Of a DNA stretch of 32,000 nt, positions 1 through 8,247 are shown piece after piece (the first letter of the stretch is position 1; each line of letters starts with the position of its first letter). The notes beneath the pieces were generated by a model, which had not been told where the DNA came from, did not search any database, and worked only from the letters and a program-made list of their open reading frames with translations. The stretch spans positions 720,001-752,000 of the forward strand of contig CP075337.1 in NCBI GenBank assembly GCA_025349965.1. The letters run 5' to 3'. This stretch comes from Candidatus Saccharimonadota bacterium. GTDB taxonomy: Bacteria; Patescibacteriota; Saccharimonadia; Saccharimonadales; Saccharimonadaceae. Position numbers and translations under genes: made by a program.

Positions 1-3000
1 CCTGCCCCTTTGTTGCCCCTGCTGTGCGGTTCATTATAAGCTTCTTTGAGATAACAGGCCCATTCACAGTTAGCTTATTCCCACACTGATTTTGTGTAGG
101 CGTAGCGTATTCGCGACAGGTTTGGATAACACCATTTGTCGTGCCAGTCGGAACAGCCACAAGCCAAGCGTCAACATTTGTAGCGTTGGCATTAATGCTG
201 ATATTTCGGGCGATAATAATAAGTTGCGGAATGCGCTTAATTGAATTCATTCTACCCGTAGTGTTACTCGTGTCATAATTAAGGCTATTCTCAATAATTA
301 CATCTCTATTGGGCGCATAGATCACGATAGTCTTCCCGAGTGGCATGGTGCCGCCACGTATCGTAACGGTGCCCGTACCGGTTGCTGGTGCCTTATAGAG
401 GCCGGCTGCATCCGTCTCAGGCGCAATAGCCGTTCCAAGTGTCTTATCCGCCTGTGACGCGTAGCGATCCACGATCGTAGCGACACTTGCCGGCAACCTA
501 TAGCGCCCCATCGTATTGACACCACAAGAATTACTCGAGTCCCTATTCGCAAGCGTCAAAAGACTAAGACTACATAAATCCGGCGTTACAAGCGTGGCAC
601 CTTCCTGCTGTATTCCTCCAGCATATCCCGCCGCAGAGGCCATGCCGGTCACCTGGCCTGCAGCAGCAATGCCATACTCTGACCAAGACCCATACACCGT
701 ACGGCTATACACCGGTGGTTCAACACTTACCGGTAGTACTGCAGCAATCTGTGGAAGCCCGAAACTGCTCGTAGCACCACTCGCTAACGTAAACCCTGTG
801 CTATTCCACCCAATATTTCCCGTGCTATTTGGGTTATTTATCACCCCGATCTTATTACATCCGTAATTAGCGACGTACATTTTCCCGTCCGGCGCAGACT
901 TTACTTGCCCACCACCACCGGCGCTCGTACAGCCGCGAAGCCCACTCGCCCCTACGGCAATATCCTGTTTAGTCGCAGCAACCTGAGCGCTCGTTGTAGC
1001 CCCGGAAAGCTTATACCTATGAAGGTCACCTATTGTGCCTGAATTATAAAGACTCGTGAAATATACATAGTTGCCATCGGGAGAGAAGTCACCCGAGTAA
1101 ACCGATGCACCAGTAACATTCCAGGCAAACTGCTTTGTAAATTTACCCGTTTCGGCATTGAAATTCAAAGTGCGGATTGTCCCAGTGCCCGTTTCGCGAC
1201 GCATAGTAATGACCATCTTTGTATGGTACTTATTATCTGGTGTATAGAAGTTAATCGTACCAAAACCAGGGGCAAATTGACCAGAAGACTTACCTGACAC
1301 CACCCCATCCCCCGGGTCAGAGTCTACAGGTGCAATCGAAGCGCCATCATTTGGCCCTGCCGCCCAATTATACGGAATGTGAAACGCCCTAATAATAGAC
1401 GTGCCCGGCTTGTTAGTGACAACCCAATACCCCTTGTCGTTACCCTCTCTCTTGCTCGGGACTACCGCAAGCGCTTCTCCAACGCCATTCCCGGAACCTT
1501 GTGGGCCAAGTGCCCTGTTTTTCGTTACCACCTCCTGCTTGTTCATGTCCACGACAGAATATTGTAACTTTCCAAGTAAGTGATCTTCAGTTCTGGCTGA
1601 TGACGTAACAATAACGTACCTATTATTTGAAATCGGGAAGACCGCCGCGGCCTGTGTCGTTGTTGCAGACGCATTAAGTCCGGTACCATTCTTCATTATC
1701 TTTCCAACCAATCCACCTTCGGTCGCAAGGCTATGAACACTTTTTCCATCCGTGAAGAACTGCATTTTACCCTCACGATTCGTAGCTACCGTAGCGCCCT
1801 CGTACCCCTCCATCTCTTTTGTTCGAGGAAGATTCTTTGGCGCAGCGCCGGAACTAGGAGCAAAATCAAGCGCAGCACCCTTTCCGAAGTACCAGAAGCG
1901 TTGAGTATTACGAATCTCTTGTTCGGTCACACTATTTGGTACATTCACCTGCTCGGTGCCATCGGTGGAAGTAGAGGTAGCCACAAGACCACTCGTACCG
2001 CCACGACCAACATATAAGTCACCGCCCGTTACATGTACCTTTGGCTTCTTACCAACCATCACACAACGCAGCGCCGAGTGACGCGCACCAGACTTCGATG
2101 GACCGGTTGACTCGCTATATCCACGCACTGAAATGCCATAACAAATTCGGTCACCTGGACCAAAATCATCAGGAACTGTGTCCGTCATCTGGCCCATAGC
2201 TCGACCTGTCCCAGTGAAGGAATAGTTATTAAAGGTATTACCCATTGTTGAGCCTATCTGTGTACACCTCGAAGCATTTGCGCCGCTCATATTGTAATAT
2301 GCACAGGCGTCTGATGTACTTGTTCCAGCCGTCTGCTTTGGAGCAGACTGCCCGCCCTTCCAAATAATTCGTGTATAGCGGGTATCCGTTGGAGAGGTTG
2401 CCGACATCCCACTGCTTGCCTTCGCAACGTTACCTGTCACATTAACCCTCTGACCTGGCTCAAGCGCGGCAGAAGATACAGAGCTTATCGTCGGAGTTAA
2501 TTCATAATATTTAACTGTGACTTTAATATTGAAAGACATGGACTGCTGAGGACAAGTGTTGTAATTCCAGCCACCGATAAAGTTAGGTCCCGCAGGCGTA
2601 CAATGCCACGCCCAGTCATAGAATTGAGAAATATGTCGGCCACGCACCGTTACGGTAACGTTTGTTGTCTCGGTAAATCCACCGCTCTTCGTGTAATTAA
2701 AGCGAAGCGGGTTCGCAAACCAGTAGCGTGAATTATTGTCTCGTAAGTAGCTAAGGACTGTACCGCCACCAAGTCCAACAGAGCCCGCAGGAGATGCAGA
2801 TGTACTATCCACGCGGAAGCGCGAACCGGCAAACGCTGGCCAGTTTGTACTACCACCCATTGGATTTGGTCGCCTGTCATTCGGGGCATTGCCGCTCTTA
2901 ACAATACGCCCATCATTTGAACCATAGTCGGCACCAGCACCGTCAGGAGAGACAAGCGATGAACATACGAATGTTACACCGTTAAGCTGCAACGGGATGG

Positions 3001-3304
3001 TCGTAGTCCCCCTTGGCACCTCAACCTCAAGCTGGGAGCCGCGCCCTCCATAAGAAACCCAAATATGAGCAGCGTAGGAACCACCGTTATTAATTGCCGC
3101 ACGTGGATCTTGGCCAATACTACGGTTGTACCTCATTTGCCAATAACATGCATCATCCCACGCAACGGCAGTTCCCGTACCACCGATAAGCATGGCGTCT
3201 ATTTGCGATTTATTATATAAAGCAGAAGACGGCTCCGATACCACCACCGAGCAGAATAGCGACGCAAGCACTACGCCGCCAATGACCCACCACAACCGCT
3301 TCAT
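1..3304 (-). CDS. Large secreted/surface protein (>1100 aa; C-terminus beyond the left window edge) with signal peptide and beta-propeller-like repeats
   Basis: Hand translation of the minus strand from ATG 3304 is open for all 1101 codons down to position 2. It is absent from the ORF track only because no stop is reached. The N-terminus MKRLWWVIGGVVLASLFCSVVVSEPSSA looks like a signal peptide. Internal motifs: RFWYFGKGAALDF, LQYSVVDM, FSPDGNYVYFTS, APDGKMYVANYGCNKIGVINNP, SFGLPQ. Cys-rich, with no other TM segment. Confidence 0.85.
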   Translation of the reverse strand, partial: MKRLWWVIGGVVLASLFCSVVVSEPSSALYNKSQIDAMLIGGTGTAVAWDDACYWQMRYNRSIGQDPRAAINNGGSYAAHIWVSYGGRGSQLEVEVPRGTTTIPLQLNGVTFVCSSLVSPDGAGADYGSNDGRIVKSGNAPNDRRPNPMGGSTNWPAFAGSRFRVDSTSASPAGSVGLGGGTVLSYLRDNNSRYWFANPLRFNYTKSGGFTETTNVTVTVRGRHISQFYDWAWHCTPAGPNFIGGWNYNTCPQQSMSFNIKVTVKYYELTPTISSVSSAALEPGQRVNVTGNVAKASSGMSATSPTDTRYTRIIWKGGQSAPKQTAGTSTSDACAYYNMSGANASRCTQIGSTMGNTFNNYSFTGTGRAMGQMTDTVPDDFGPGDRICYGISVRGYSESTGPSKSGARHSALRCVMVGKKPKVHVTGGDLYVGRGGTSGLVATSTSTDGTEQVNVPNSVTEQEIRNTQRFWYFGKGAALDFAPSSGAAPKNLPRTKEMEGYEGATVATNREGKMQFFTDGKSVHSLATEGGLVGKIMKNGTGLNASATTTQAAAVFPISNNRYVIVTSSARTEDHLLGKLQYSVVDMNKQEVVTKNRALGPQGSGNGVGEALAVVPSKREGNDKGYWVVTNKPGTSIIRAFHIPYNWAAGPNDGASIAPVDSDPGDGVVSGKSSGQFAPGFGTINFYTPDNKYHTKMVITMRRETGTGTIRTLNFNAETGKFTKQFAWNVTGASVYSGDFSPDGNYVYFTSLYNSGTIGDLHRYKLSGATTSAQVAATKQDIAVGASGLRGCTSAGGGGQVKSAPDGKMYVANYGCNKIGVINNPNSTGNIGWNSTGFTLASGATSSFGLPQIAAVLPVSVEPPVYSRTVYGSWSEYGIAAAGQVTGMASAAGYAGGIQQEGATLVTPDLCSLSLLTLANRDSSNSCGVNTMGRYRLPASVATIVDRYASQADKTLGTAIAPETDAAGLYKAPATGTGTVTIRGGTMPLGKTIVIYAPNRDVIIENSLNYDTSNTTGRMNSIKRIPQLIIIARNISINANATNVDAWLVAVPTGTTNGVIQTCREYATPTQNQCGNKLTVNGPVISKKLIMNRTAGATKGQ

Positions 3305-3550
3305 CTAGCGAGACCTCTCTGCATTCTTGCGATCAGTCTCATTAAGAACGTCAGCCGGGAAGGATTCAACATTTGGCTTCACTGCCCCCTGATAGCGATC
3401 CTCTTGATTAATCTTAGTATTGTCGTCAACAGAAGCATTCTTATTGTTATTAACAATAAACAACAACAAGACACCCACTCCTATGACAGCCACTAGGCTG
3501 ACAATGATGATAATTTTCCGCTTTCCAAATCCCTTTAGGCGACTTAACAT
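3305..3550 (-). CDS. Small single-pass membrane protein (81 aa), stop codon directly abuts the start of the giant protein gene
   Basis: ORF MLSRLKGFGKRKIIIIVSLVAVIGVGVLLLFIV... has one hydrophobic helix. Its TAG (3305-3307) is immediately followed by ATG 3304. The ORF-track start at 3559 lies inside the -10 box, so the ATG at 3550 is preferred. Confidence 0.6.
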   Translation of the reverse strand: MLSRLKGFGKRKIIIIVSLVAVIGVGVLLLFIVNNNKNASVDDNTKINQEDRYQGAVKPNVESFPADVLNETDRKNAERSR

Positions 3551-3557
3551 ACTTAAC

Positions 3558-3566
3558 ATTATAGCA
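3558..3566 (-). promoter_or_regulatory. Extended -10 promoter TGCTATAAT, 7 nt upstream of ATG 3550 (leaderless configuration)
   Basis: Minus strand reads TTATGCTATAAT GTTAAGT ATG. Confidence 0.55.
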
Positions 3567-3617
3567 TAAGCATGTCTAAGCTCCGCAGTAGAAAGTATCG
3601 ATCCACCACCTCTGTTA

Positions 3618-3626
3618 TGATATACT
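3618..3626 (+). promoter_or_regulatory. Extended -10 promoter TGATATACT, 8 nt upstream of the ychF ATG (leaderless configuration)
   Basis: Plus strand reads TGATATACT TATTGTAT ATG. No Shine-Dalgarno sequence in between. Confidence 0.5.
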
Positions 3627-3634
3627 TATTGTAT

Positions 3635-4720
3635 ATGAGTTTATCCATCGGCATCGTCGGCCTTCCTAATGTCGGCAAATCTACCCTGTTCAACGCATTA
3701 ACCCAAAACGATATCTTGGCGGCTAATTATCCGTTTGCCACAATTGAACCGAACACTGGAATTGTTCCTGTTCCTGACGCGCGCCTTGAAAATCTTCGCG
3801 TACTATATAACGCCGAAAAAGTTATCCCCGCAACTGTAACCTTTGTAGATATCGCTGGGCTTGTTGCTGGCGCGAGCAAGGGCGAAGGGCTTGGGAATAA
3901 GTTCCTTGATAACATCCGCAAGACTGATGCGATTATTCACGTTGTGCGCGCATTTGAAAATAGCGATATTCTGCGTCACGATGAATCAGCGGTAAACCCT
4001 AAAGCCGATATTGAAATTATTAATACCGAGTTAATTCTTGCTGATATCCAGACGATCGAAGGGCGTATTCCAAAGCTCCAAAAAGAGGCCAAGGCAAAGC
4101 CTGCTGCCCGTGAACACATTGGCTACCTCGAATCACTCCTTCGCCACCTTGAGGCAGGCACGCCGCTTTCTGCGCTTCCCTCTTTGGATTTTGAAATTAT
4201 TGGCGACCTTCACCTCCTTACTTCAAAGCCTGTTATCTACGCCTTTAACGTTGACGAGGCAACACTTACCAATGAAGATGCGCGCCGTGAGCTGACTGCA
4301 CTTGTAGCACCAGCCCGAACCATTTTTGTATGCGCAAAAATTGAAGAAGAAATTAAAGACCTTCCAGAAGAGGACGCACTTGAACTTCTTGAGGCTTACG
4401 GCGTTTCTGAAACAGGCCTCAACCAACTCATCAAGGTTGCATACGATACACTTGGATTGCAAAGCTATCTCACCGCCGGGCAAAAAGAAGTCCGCGCGTG
4501 GACAATCCATCAAGGCGACACCGCCCCACAAGCAGCCGGTGTGATTCACACTGATTTTGAAAAGGGCTTCATTGCAGCGGCTATCGTTAGCTACGAAGAC
4601 CTCATGGCAGCTGGGAGCGAAACCGCAGCCAAAGCTGCGGGTAAGATGCGTACAGAAGGCCGTGATTACATCATGCGGCCAGATGATGTAGTTGAGTTCC
4701 GATTCAACGTCAGTAAGTAG
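3635..4720 (+). CDS. ychF: Ribosome-binding ATPase YchF (Obg-like GTPase family)
   Basis: Canonical N-terminus MSLSIGIVGLPNVGKSTLFNALT (P-loop) and C-terminus DYIMRPDDVVEFRFNV. The ORF-track start at 3572 is an upstream in-frame extension. Confidence 0.95.
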   Translation: MSLSIGIVGLPNVGKSTLFNALTQNDILAANYPFATIEPNTGIVPVPDARLENLRVLYNAEKVIPATVTFVDIAGLVAGASKGEGLGNKFLDNIRKTDAIIHVVRAFENSDILRHDESAVNPKADIEIINTELILADIQTIEGRIPKLQKEAKAKPAAREHIGYLESLLRHLEAGTPLSALPSLDFEIIGDLHLLTSKPVIYAFNVDEATLTNEDARRELTALVAPARTIFVCAKIEEEIKDLPEEDALELLEAYGVSETGLNQLIKVAYDTLGLQSYLTAGQKEVRAWTIHQGDTAPQAAGVIHTDFEKGFIAAAIVSYEDLMAAGSETAAKAAGKMRTEGRDYIMRPDDVVEFRFNVSK

Positions 4721-5418
4721 AACCGCTCGCGGTTACCTTTCGCACCAGCTACTTCGCTATCGCGCTTGTCTTTAATCACGAATAAATCCTTTGCCCAGAA
4801 CTCAAAGTCTTGGAGAATTTTACGGCGCACCGCATCATTTTTGATAACACCTTTAGAGGCCTGCTCACGACGCGCTTCAAATTGCGGCTTCACCATGGCC
4901 ATAATTTTTGTGTTCGGACCAGCAGCTGCTTTGGCAAGGTGGGGTAAGATGTCTCGAAGACTAATAAACGATACATCAATCACGATAATATCAGGGGTCA
5001 CCGGCGGTATAAAATCACGGATATCCGTCTTTTCGTGAAGCTCAATTTTTGGATTCCCCTGGAGGCTTGGATGGAGTTGGTCTGTTCCAACATCGACTGC
5101 ATACACTTTTTGTGCACCATTTTGTAAGGAGTAGTCTGTAAATCCACCCGTACTACTGCCGACATCAAGCACTACAGCGTCCTTAAATGAAACGCCGAGA
5201 AGCTTGGCAACGCTAGCGAGCTTGAGACCCGCACGGCTGACGTACTGTTCTTTGGCGGTGAGGACAATTTGAGCGTCCTCACGAACAAAATGACCCGGCT
5301 TGGTAATCACTTTACCGTCCACCGTTACCTTGCCGAGCTTAATCCAGCTCTCTGCCTGAGAACGTGTTGCAACAAGTTTGCGAGCAGTCAGCTCGGCGTC
5401 AAGACGATGTTTATTCAT
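4666..5418 (-). CDS. tlyA: TlyA-family 23S/16S rRNA (cytidine-2'-O)-methyltransferase (S4 domain + FtsJ-like MTase)
   Basis: MNKHRLDAELTARKLVATRSQAESWIKLGKVTVDGK (S4-like) followed by VLDVGSSTGGFTDY (SAM-binding motif). The ATG at 5418 lies 2 nt after the upstream stop. Confidence 0.9.
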   Translation of the reverse strand: MNKHRLDAELTARKLVATRSQAESWIKLGKVTVDGKVITKPGHFVREDAQIVLTAKEQYVSRAGLKLASVAKLLGVSFKDAVVLDVGSSTGGFTDYSLQNGAQKVYAVDVGTDQLHPSLQGNPKIELHEKTDIRDFIPPVTPDIIVIDVSFISLRDILPHLAKAAAGPNTKIMAMVKPQFEARREQASKGVIKNDAVRRKILQDFEFWAKDLFVIKDKRDSEVAGAKGNRERFYLLTLNRNSTTSSGRMM

Positions 5419-5420
5419 AC

Positions 5421-5936
5421 TTATATTCCCCACCTATATACTCGGTCCACAACCTTGCGACCAATTTTTAAATCTTTTCTTATCACCGACAAACTCTCTA
5501 GTTGAGCAACTTCACCCTGTGCAAACTCGCGATCAGCAGTGCTGCTAATATGCGGCCTCCAGTTTAATCCAAAATAGGTGTCGTCAAAATCAGGGTCTAT
5601 ATCTTGCGCAAATCGCATAAGTTCAGCATGTGGAGAAAAATCATTAAGGGCATGAAGCCCTACCGTTGGAACATCGAGCCTCCGCACCGGAACCCGCTCA
5701 CGAGAACCTTCCTTCGTAAAGTACTGCAAACTTCCACCCGTTACAACGGGGGCACGATTGAGTTCTGTAACCTCTTGAACATATTCATGAAAAGTATTTC
5801 GTTGTTCGGTGGGAAGATTAAACCAGGAGACGTAGGTAAGATGCAAAGGAAGTGTTGTAAACGTATCTCCAGCCTCATGCTTATCAAGCAAGGCCGCCAC
5901 CATAACGCGCTCTATACCACTCGAACCTTCCGTCAT
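5421..5936 (-). CDS. 2H phosphoesterase superfamily (LigT / 2'-5' RNA ligase-like) protein, copy B
   Basis: Two H-x-[TS]-x motifs, PLHLTYV and RPHISST, about 95 aa apart. GAGG lies 9 nt upstream of ATG 5936. Paralogous to the upstream ORF (shared VRRxxVxxVGLxAL segment). Confidence 0.6.
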   Translation of the reverse strand: MTEGSSGIERVMVAALLDKHEAGDTFTTLPLHLTYVSWFNLPTEQRNTFHEYVQEVTELNRAPVVTGGSLQYFTKEGSRERVPVRRLDVPTVGLHALNDFSPHAELMRFAQDIDPDFDDTYFGLNWRPHISSTADREFAQGEVAQLESLSVIRKDLKIGRKVVDRVYRWGI

Positions 5937-5940
5937 TACA

Positions 5941-6423
5941 CTATGCCTCTGCCGTAGACTCAAGTCGCCACACACTTTGGATTATTTTATCACCCGCGTC
6001 ATTTTTACCCACCAATTCAACGGTTTGAAGCAGTGCCTGCTCGCCCTCTTTGAGTGCGCGGCCATCCACATAGGTAATGTGCGGATTATAGCCCTCAAAC
6101 GCCCACTCTGGGTTGCGAATATCACCATCGTGATGATAAATTACTTCACCCAACACCGTATGAAGCGCCTGAAGACCAACGGCCGATACTCGACGCACTC
6201 GCACGTCTTCATTTGGGCCAAATGTATCACTTTCCTCCGTACCTGTTACGGTAATCGGAGAAAAAGCCTCTACAGCCTCCCCAACTCTTGATACAAAAGT
6301 ATCCATCTTTTCATCTGGAATTGTGAAATACTGCTGCAGCGTCACCCACGGGTGACGACTTTCAGTGAGATTCTCCCCTGCCTCAACAGGGTCGAGACTA
6401 CTAATAAGCAGCAGCTCGGACAT
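5941..6423 (-). CDS. 2H phosphoesterase-like paralog, copy A (first HxT motif degenerate: WVTL)
   Basis: The second motif NPHITYV is intact. The position aligned to the first catalytic His of copy B is Trp (RHPWVTL). The start ATG overlaps the efp stop (TAATG). Confidence 0.55.
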   Translation of the reverse strand: MSELLLISSLDPVEAGENLTESRHPWVTLQQYFTIPDEKMDTFVSRVGEAVEAFSPITVTGTEESDTFGPNEDVRVRRVSAVGLQALHTVLGEVIYHHDGDIRNPEWAFEGYNPHITYVDGRALKEGEQALLQTVELVGKNDAGDKIIQSVWRLESTAEA

Positions 6424-6992
6424 TAGTCCTTCTTTCGCTCTCGATACGCACCGGTCTCGGTATCAACAGAGATAACATCACCGGTCTTAATAAATGCGGG
6501 AACCTTTACCACAAGACCCGTCTCAAGAGTGGCATCCTTTAGAACACTACTTGTAGTATCGCCCTTTACTACATCCTCTGTGTAGGTTACTTCGAGGTAA
6601 AGATTCTTTGGAAGTTCGACGTTAATAACCGTACCCTCAAAGAACTGAAGTGAAAGTGAATCACCCTCCTTGAGATATGGAGCCGCTTCTTCGCAAACGC
6701 TAGCCTGAAGCTCAAATTGCTCAAATGTTTCCGGCTCCATGAAGTAAAACTTGACAGCGTCCTTATAGAGGTACTGTACTGTTTGGTAGGTTACTTCGGC
6801 TGAATCTACCTTTTCCTGCCCCTTGTACGTCTTTGGAACAACAGAGCCATCAATAAGATTCTTAATACGAACATTCACGATGCTTCCACCGCGTCCCATT
6901 ACTTTTTGGTTATAATCAACAACCTTATACGGCTTGCCGTCAATCTGCAGGACAACGCCTTTTTTCAAATCTGTTGGTGAGAGTTGTGCCAT
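6423..6992 (-). CDS. efp: Elongation factor P, with Arg at the conserved beta3-beta4 loop tip
   Basis: Full-length EF-P-like sequence, DGKPYKVVDYNQKVMGRGGSIVNVRIKNL. AAGGAG lies 9 nt upstream of the ATG. Confidence 0.95.
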   Translation of the reverse strand: MAQLSPTDLKKGVVLQIDGKPYKVVDYNQKVMGRGGSIVNVRIKNLIDGSVVPKTYKGQEKVDSAEVTYQTVQYLYKDAVKFYFMEPETFEQFELQASVCEEAAPYLKEGDSLSLQFFEGTVINVELPKNLYLEVTYTEDVVKGDTTSSVLKDATLETGLVVKVPAFIKTGDVISVDTETGAYRERKKD

Positions 6993-7020
6993 TATCAGCG
7001 TCTCCTTAAAAATAAATTCT

Positions 7021-7051
7021 ATATAAAAAAGTGAACGGCCCCGGAGGGCCG
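7021..7051 (-). terminator. Rho-independent terminator after rpsR
   Basis: Minus strand: CGGCCC-TCCG-GGGCCG hairpin followed by TTCACTTTTTT. Confidence 0.7.
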
Positions 7052-7064
7052 CCGCTTTATCTTC

Positions 7065-7265
7065 TTAGCCCTGAGCTACGAACGGAAGAAGCGCAAGGTG
7101 ACGCGCACGCTTGATCGCTCCTGCGAGCTGACGTTGCTGCTTCGCACTAAGACCAGTCTTGCCGATTGGCTCAATCTGTCCGTATGGGTTGATGTAACGC
7201 TGAAGCGTCTTTACATCTTTGTAGTCAAAATACGCTGGGGTATCTTTCTTTAGTCGTTTTGCCAT
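7065..7265 (-). CDS. rpsR: 30S ribosomal protein S18
   Basis: 66 aa with the typical S18 sequence [43 protein letters not shown] upstream. Confidence 0.95.
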   Translation of the reverse strand: MAKRLKKDTPAYFDYKDVKTLQRYINPYGQIEPIGKTGLSAKQQRQLAGAIKRARHLALLPFVAQG

Positions 7266-7274
7266 TTTATTCTC

Positions 7275-7706
7275 CTAGAATGGAATTTCACTTAAATCAA
7301 TTGGTTTGTCATCGATGTCTTCAATAACAACATCGTTAGAAGCAGGCCGTGAGCTTTGGCCACTCGCTGGTGCACCTTCGCCGCCATTTGCACTATCGAG
7401 GAAGGTTACATCGGTTGCAACAACTTCTACGCGAGTACGGCGCTTGCCTGTTTCTTTATCATCCCAAGAATCCTGACGGAGACGCCCTTGTACAAGTACG
7501 CGACGGCCCTTTGCAAGATACTGCATAACGAGATCTCCGAGCTTTTCCCATGCGGTAACATCGAAAAAGTCTGCTGCGTCATCCTGTCCAGCACGGTCAA
7601 CTGCAATACTAAAGCTTGCAATATTCTTACCAGTGGTAGTTGTGCGCTGTTCTGGGTCACGCGTGAGGCGTCCCATAAGAATTACTTGGTTAATGCTTCG
7701 TGCCAT
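7275..7706 (-). CDS. ssb: Single-stranded DNA-binding protein
   Basis: OB-fold N-terminus MARSINQVILMGRLTRDPE and acidic C-terminal tip DLSEIPF. Confidence 0.95.
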   Translation of the reverse strand: MARSINQVILMGRLTRDPEQRTTTTGKNIASFSIAVDRAGQDDAADFFDVTAWEKLGDLVMQYLAKGRRVLVQGRLRQDSWDDKETGKRRTRVEVVATDVTFLDSANGGEGAPASGQSSRPASNDVVIEDIDDKPIDLSEIPF

Positions 7707-7741
7707 ACTCCCCTACTCCCTCTTCTGTACGTTCCGTACAA

Positions 7742-8092
7742 TTACTTTTCTTCTGAAGCTTCTTCTTTTTGAGCTTTGCTTGCCTGCTCTGCAAGTGCCT
7801 TGCGACCCTTTTCATCTACCTTAACGAGGAGGTAGCGAAGTACTTCTTCGGTAATGTTGAAAATGTTGCTGATCTTAAGCGGCGCATCTGCTGGAAGTTC
7901 TACGTCCATGTATGTATACACGGCAAATTCTTCGCGGTTGATGGTGTATGCAAGCTTCTTCTTGCCCCATACATCTTCGTTTACGATCTTACCACCAGCG
8001 TTGGTGATAATATCACGCACCTTCTTAAGTGGTGCTTCCAAATCTGCTTCGAGATCTGGGTGAATGAGAACGGTTAGTTCGTATTCTTTCAC
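7742..8092 (-). CDS. rpsF: 30S ribosomal protein S6
   Basis: (V/M)KEYELTVLIHPDLE is a typical S6 N-terminus. The GTG start at 8092 is preceded by AGGAGG at 8 nt. The ORF-track start at 8137 is a leader read-through. Confidence 0.9.
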   Translation of the reverse strand: MKEYELTVLIHPDLEADLEAPLKKVRDIITNAGGKIVNEDVWGKKKLAYTINREEFAVYTYMDVELPADAPLKISNIFNITEEVLRYLLVKVDEKGRKALAEQASKAQKEEASEEK

Positions 8093-8179
8093 TGAGTTTT
8101 CCTCCTGATCGGAATCCGGGTGACCGGATGCCCACACGCTACTTTTTATTCGCTATGGGCTTGAGTTGATAACAGATGT

Positions 8180-8208
8180 ATTGTAGCATATTTCACCCCT
8201 GTTTGCAA
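8180..8208 (-). promoter_or_regulatory. Sigma70-type promoter of the rpsF-ssb-rpsR operon (TTGCAA-17 nt-TGC TACAAT)
   Basis: Minus strand: TTGCAAACAGGGGTGAAATATGCTACAAT. This gives a leader of about 80 nt that contains the hairpin ATCCGG-TCAC-CCGGAT. Confidence 0.65.
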
Positions 8209-8247
8209 CTGGGTGTACTCTTAGTATGGCAGTCAATTCTTAAATAG

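Noticed and set aside
516-2955. Short ORFs from the track inside 1-3304 (516-866 +, 1379-1583 +, 1733-2017 +, 322-552 -, 2650-2955 -).
   Set aside because: All lie within, antisense to, or out of frame with the uninterrupted 1101-codon minus-strand frame that has a signal peptide and repeat motifs. None has recognisable features.
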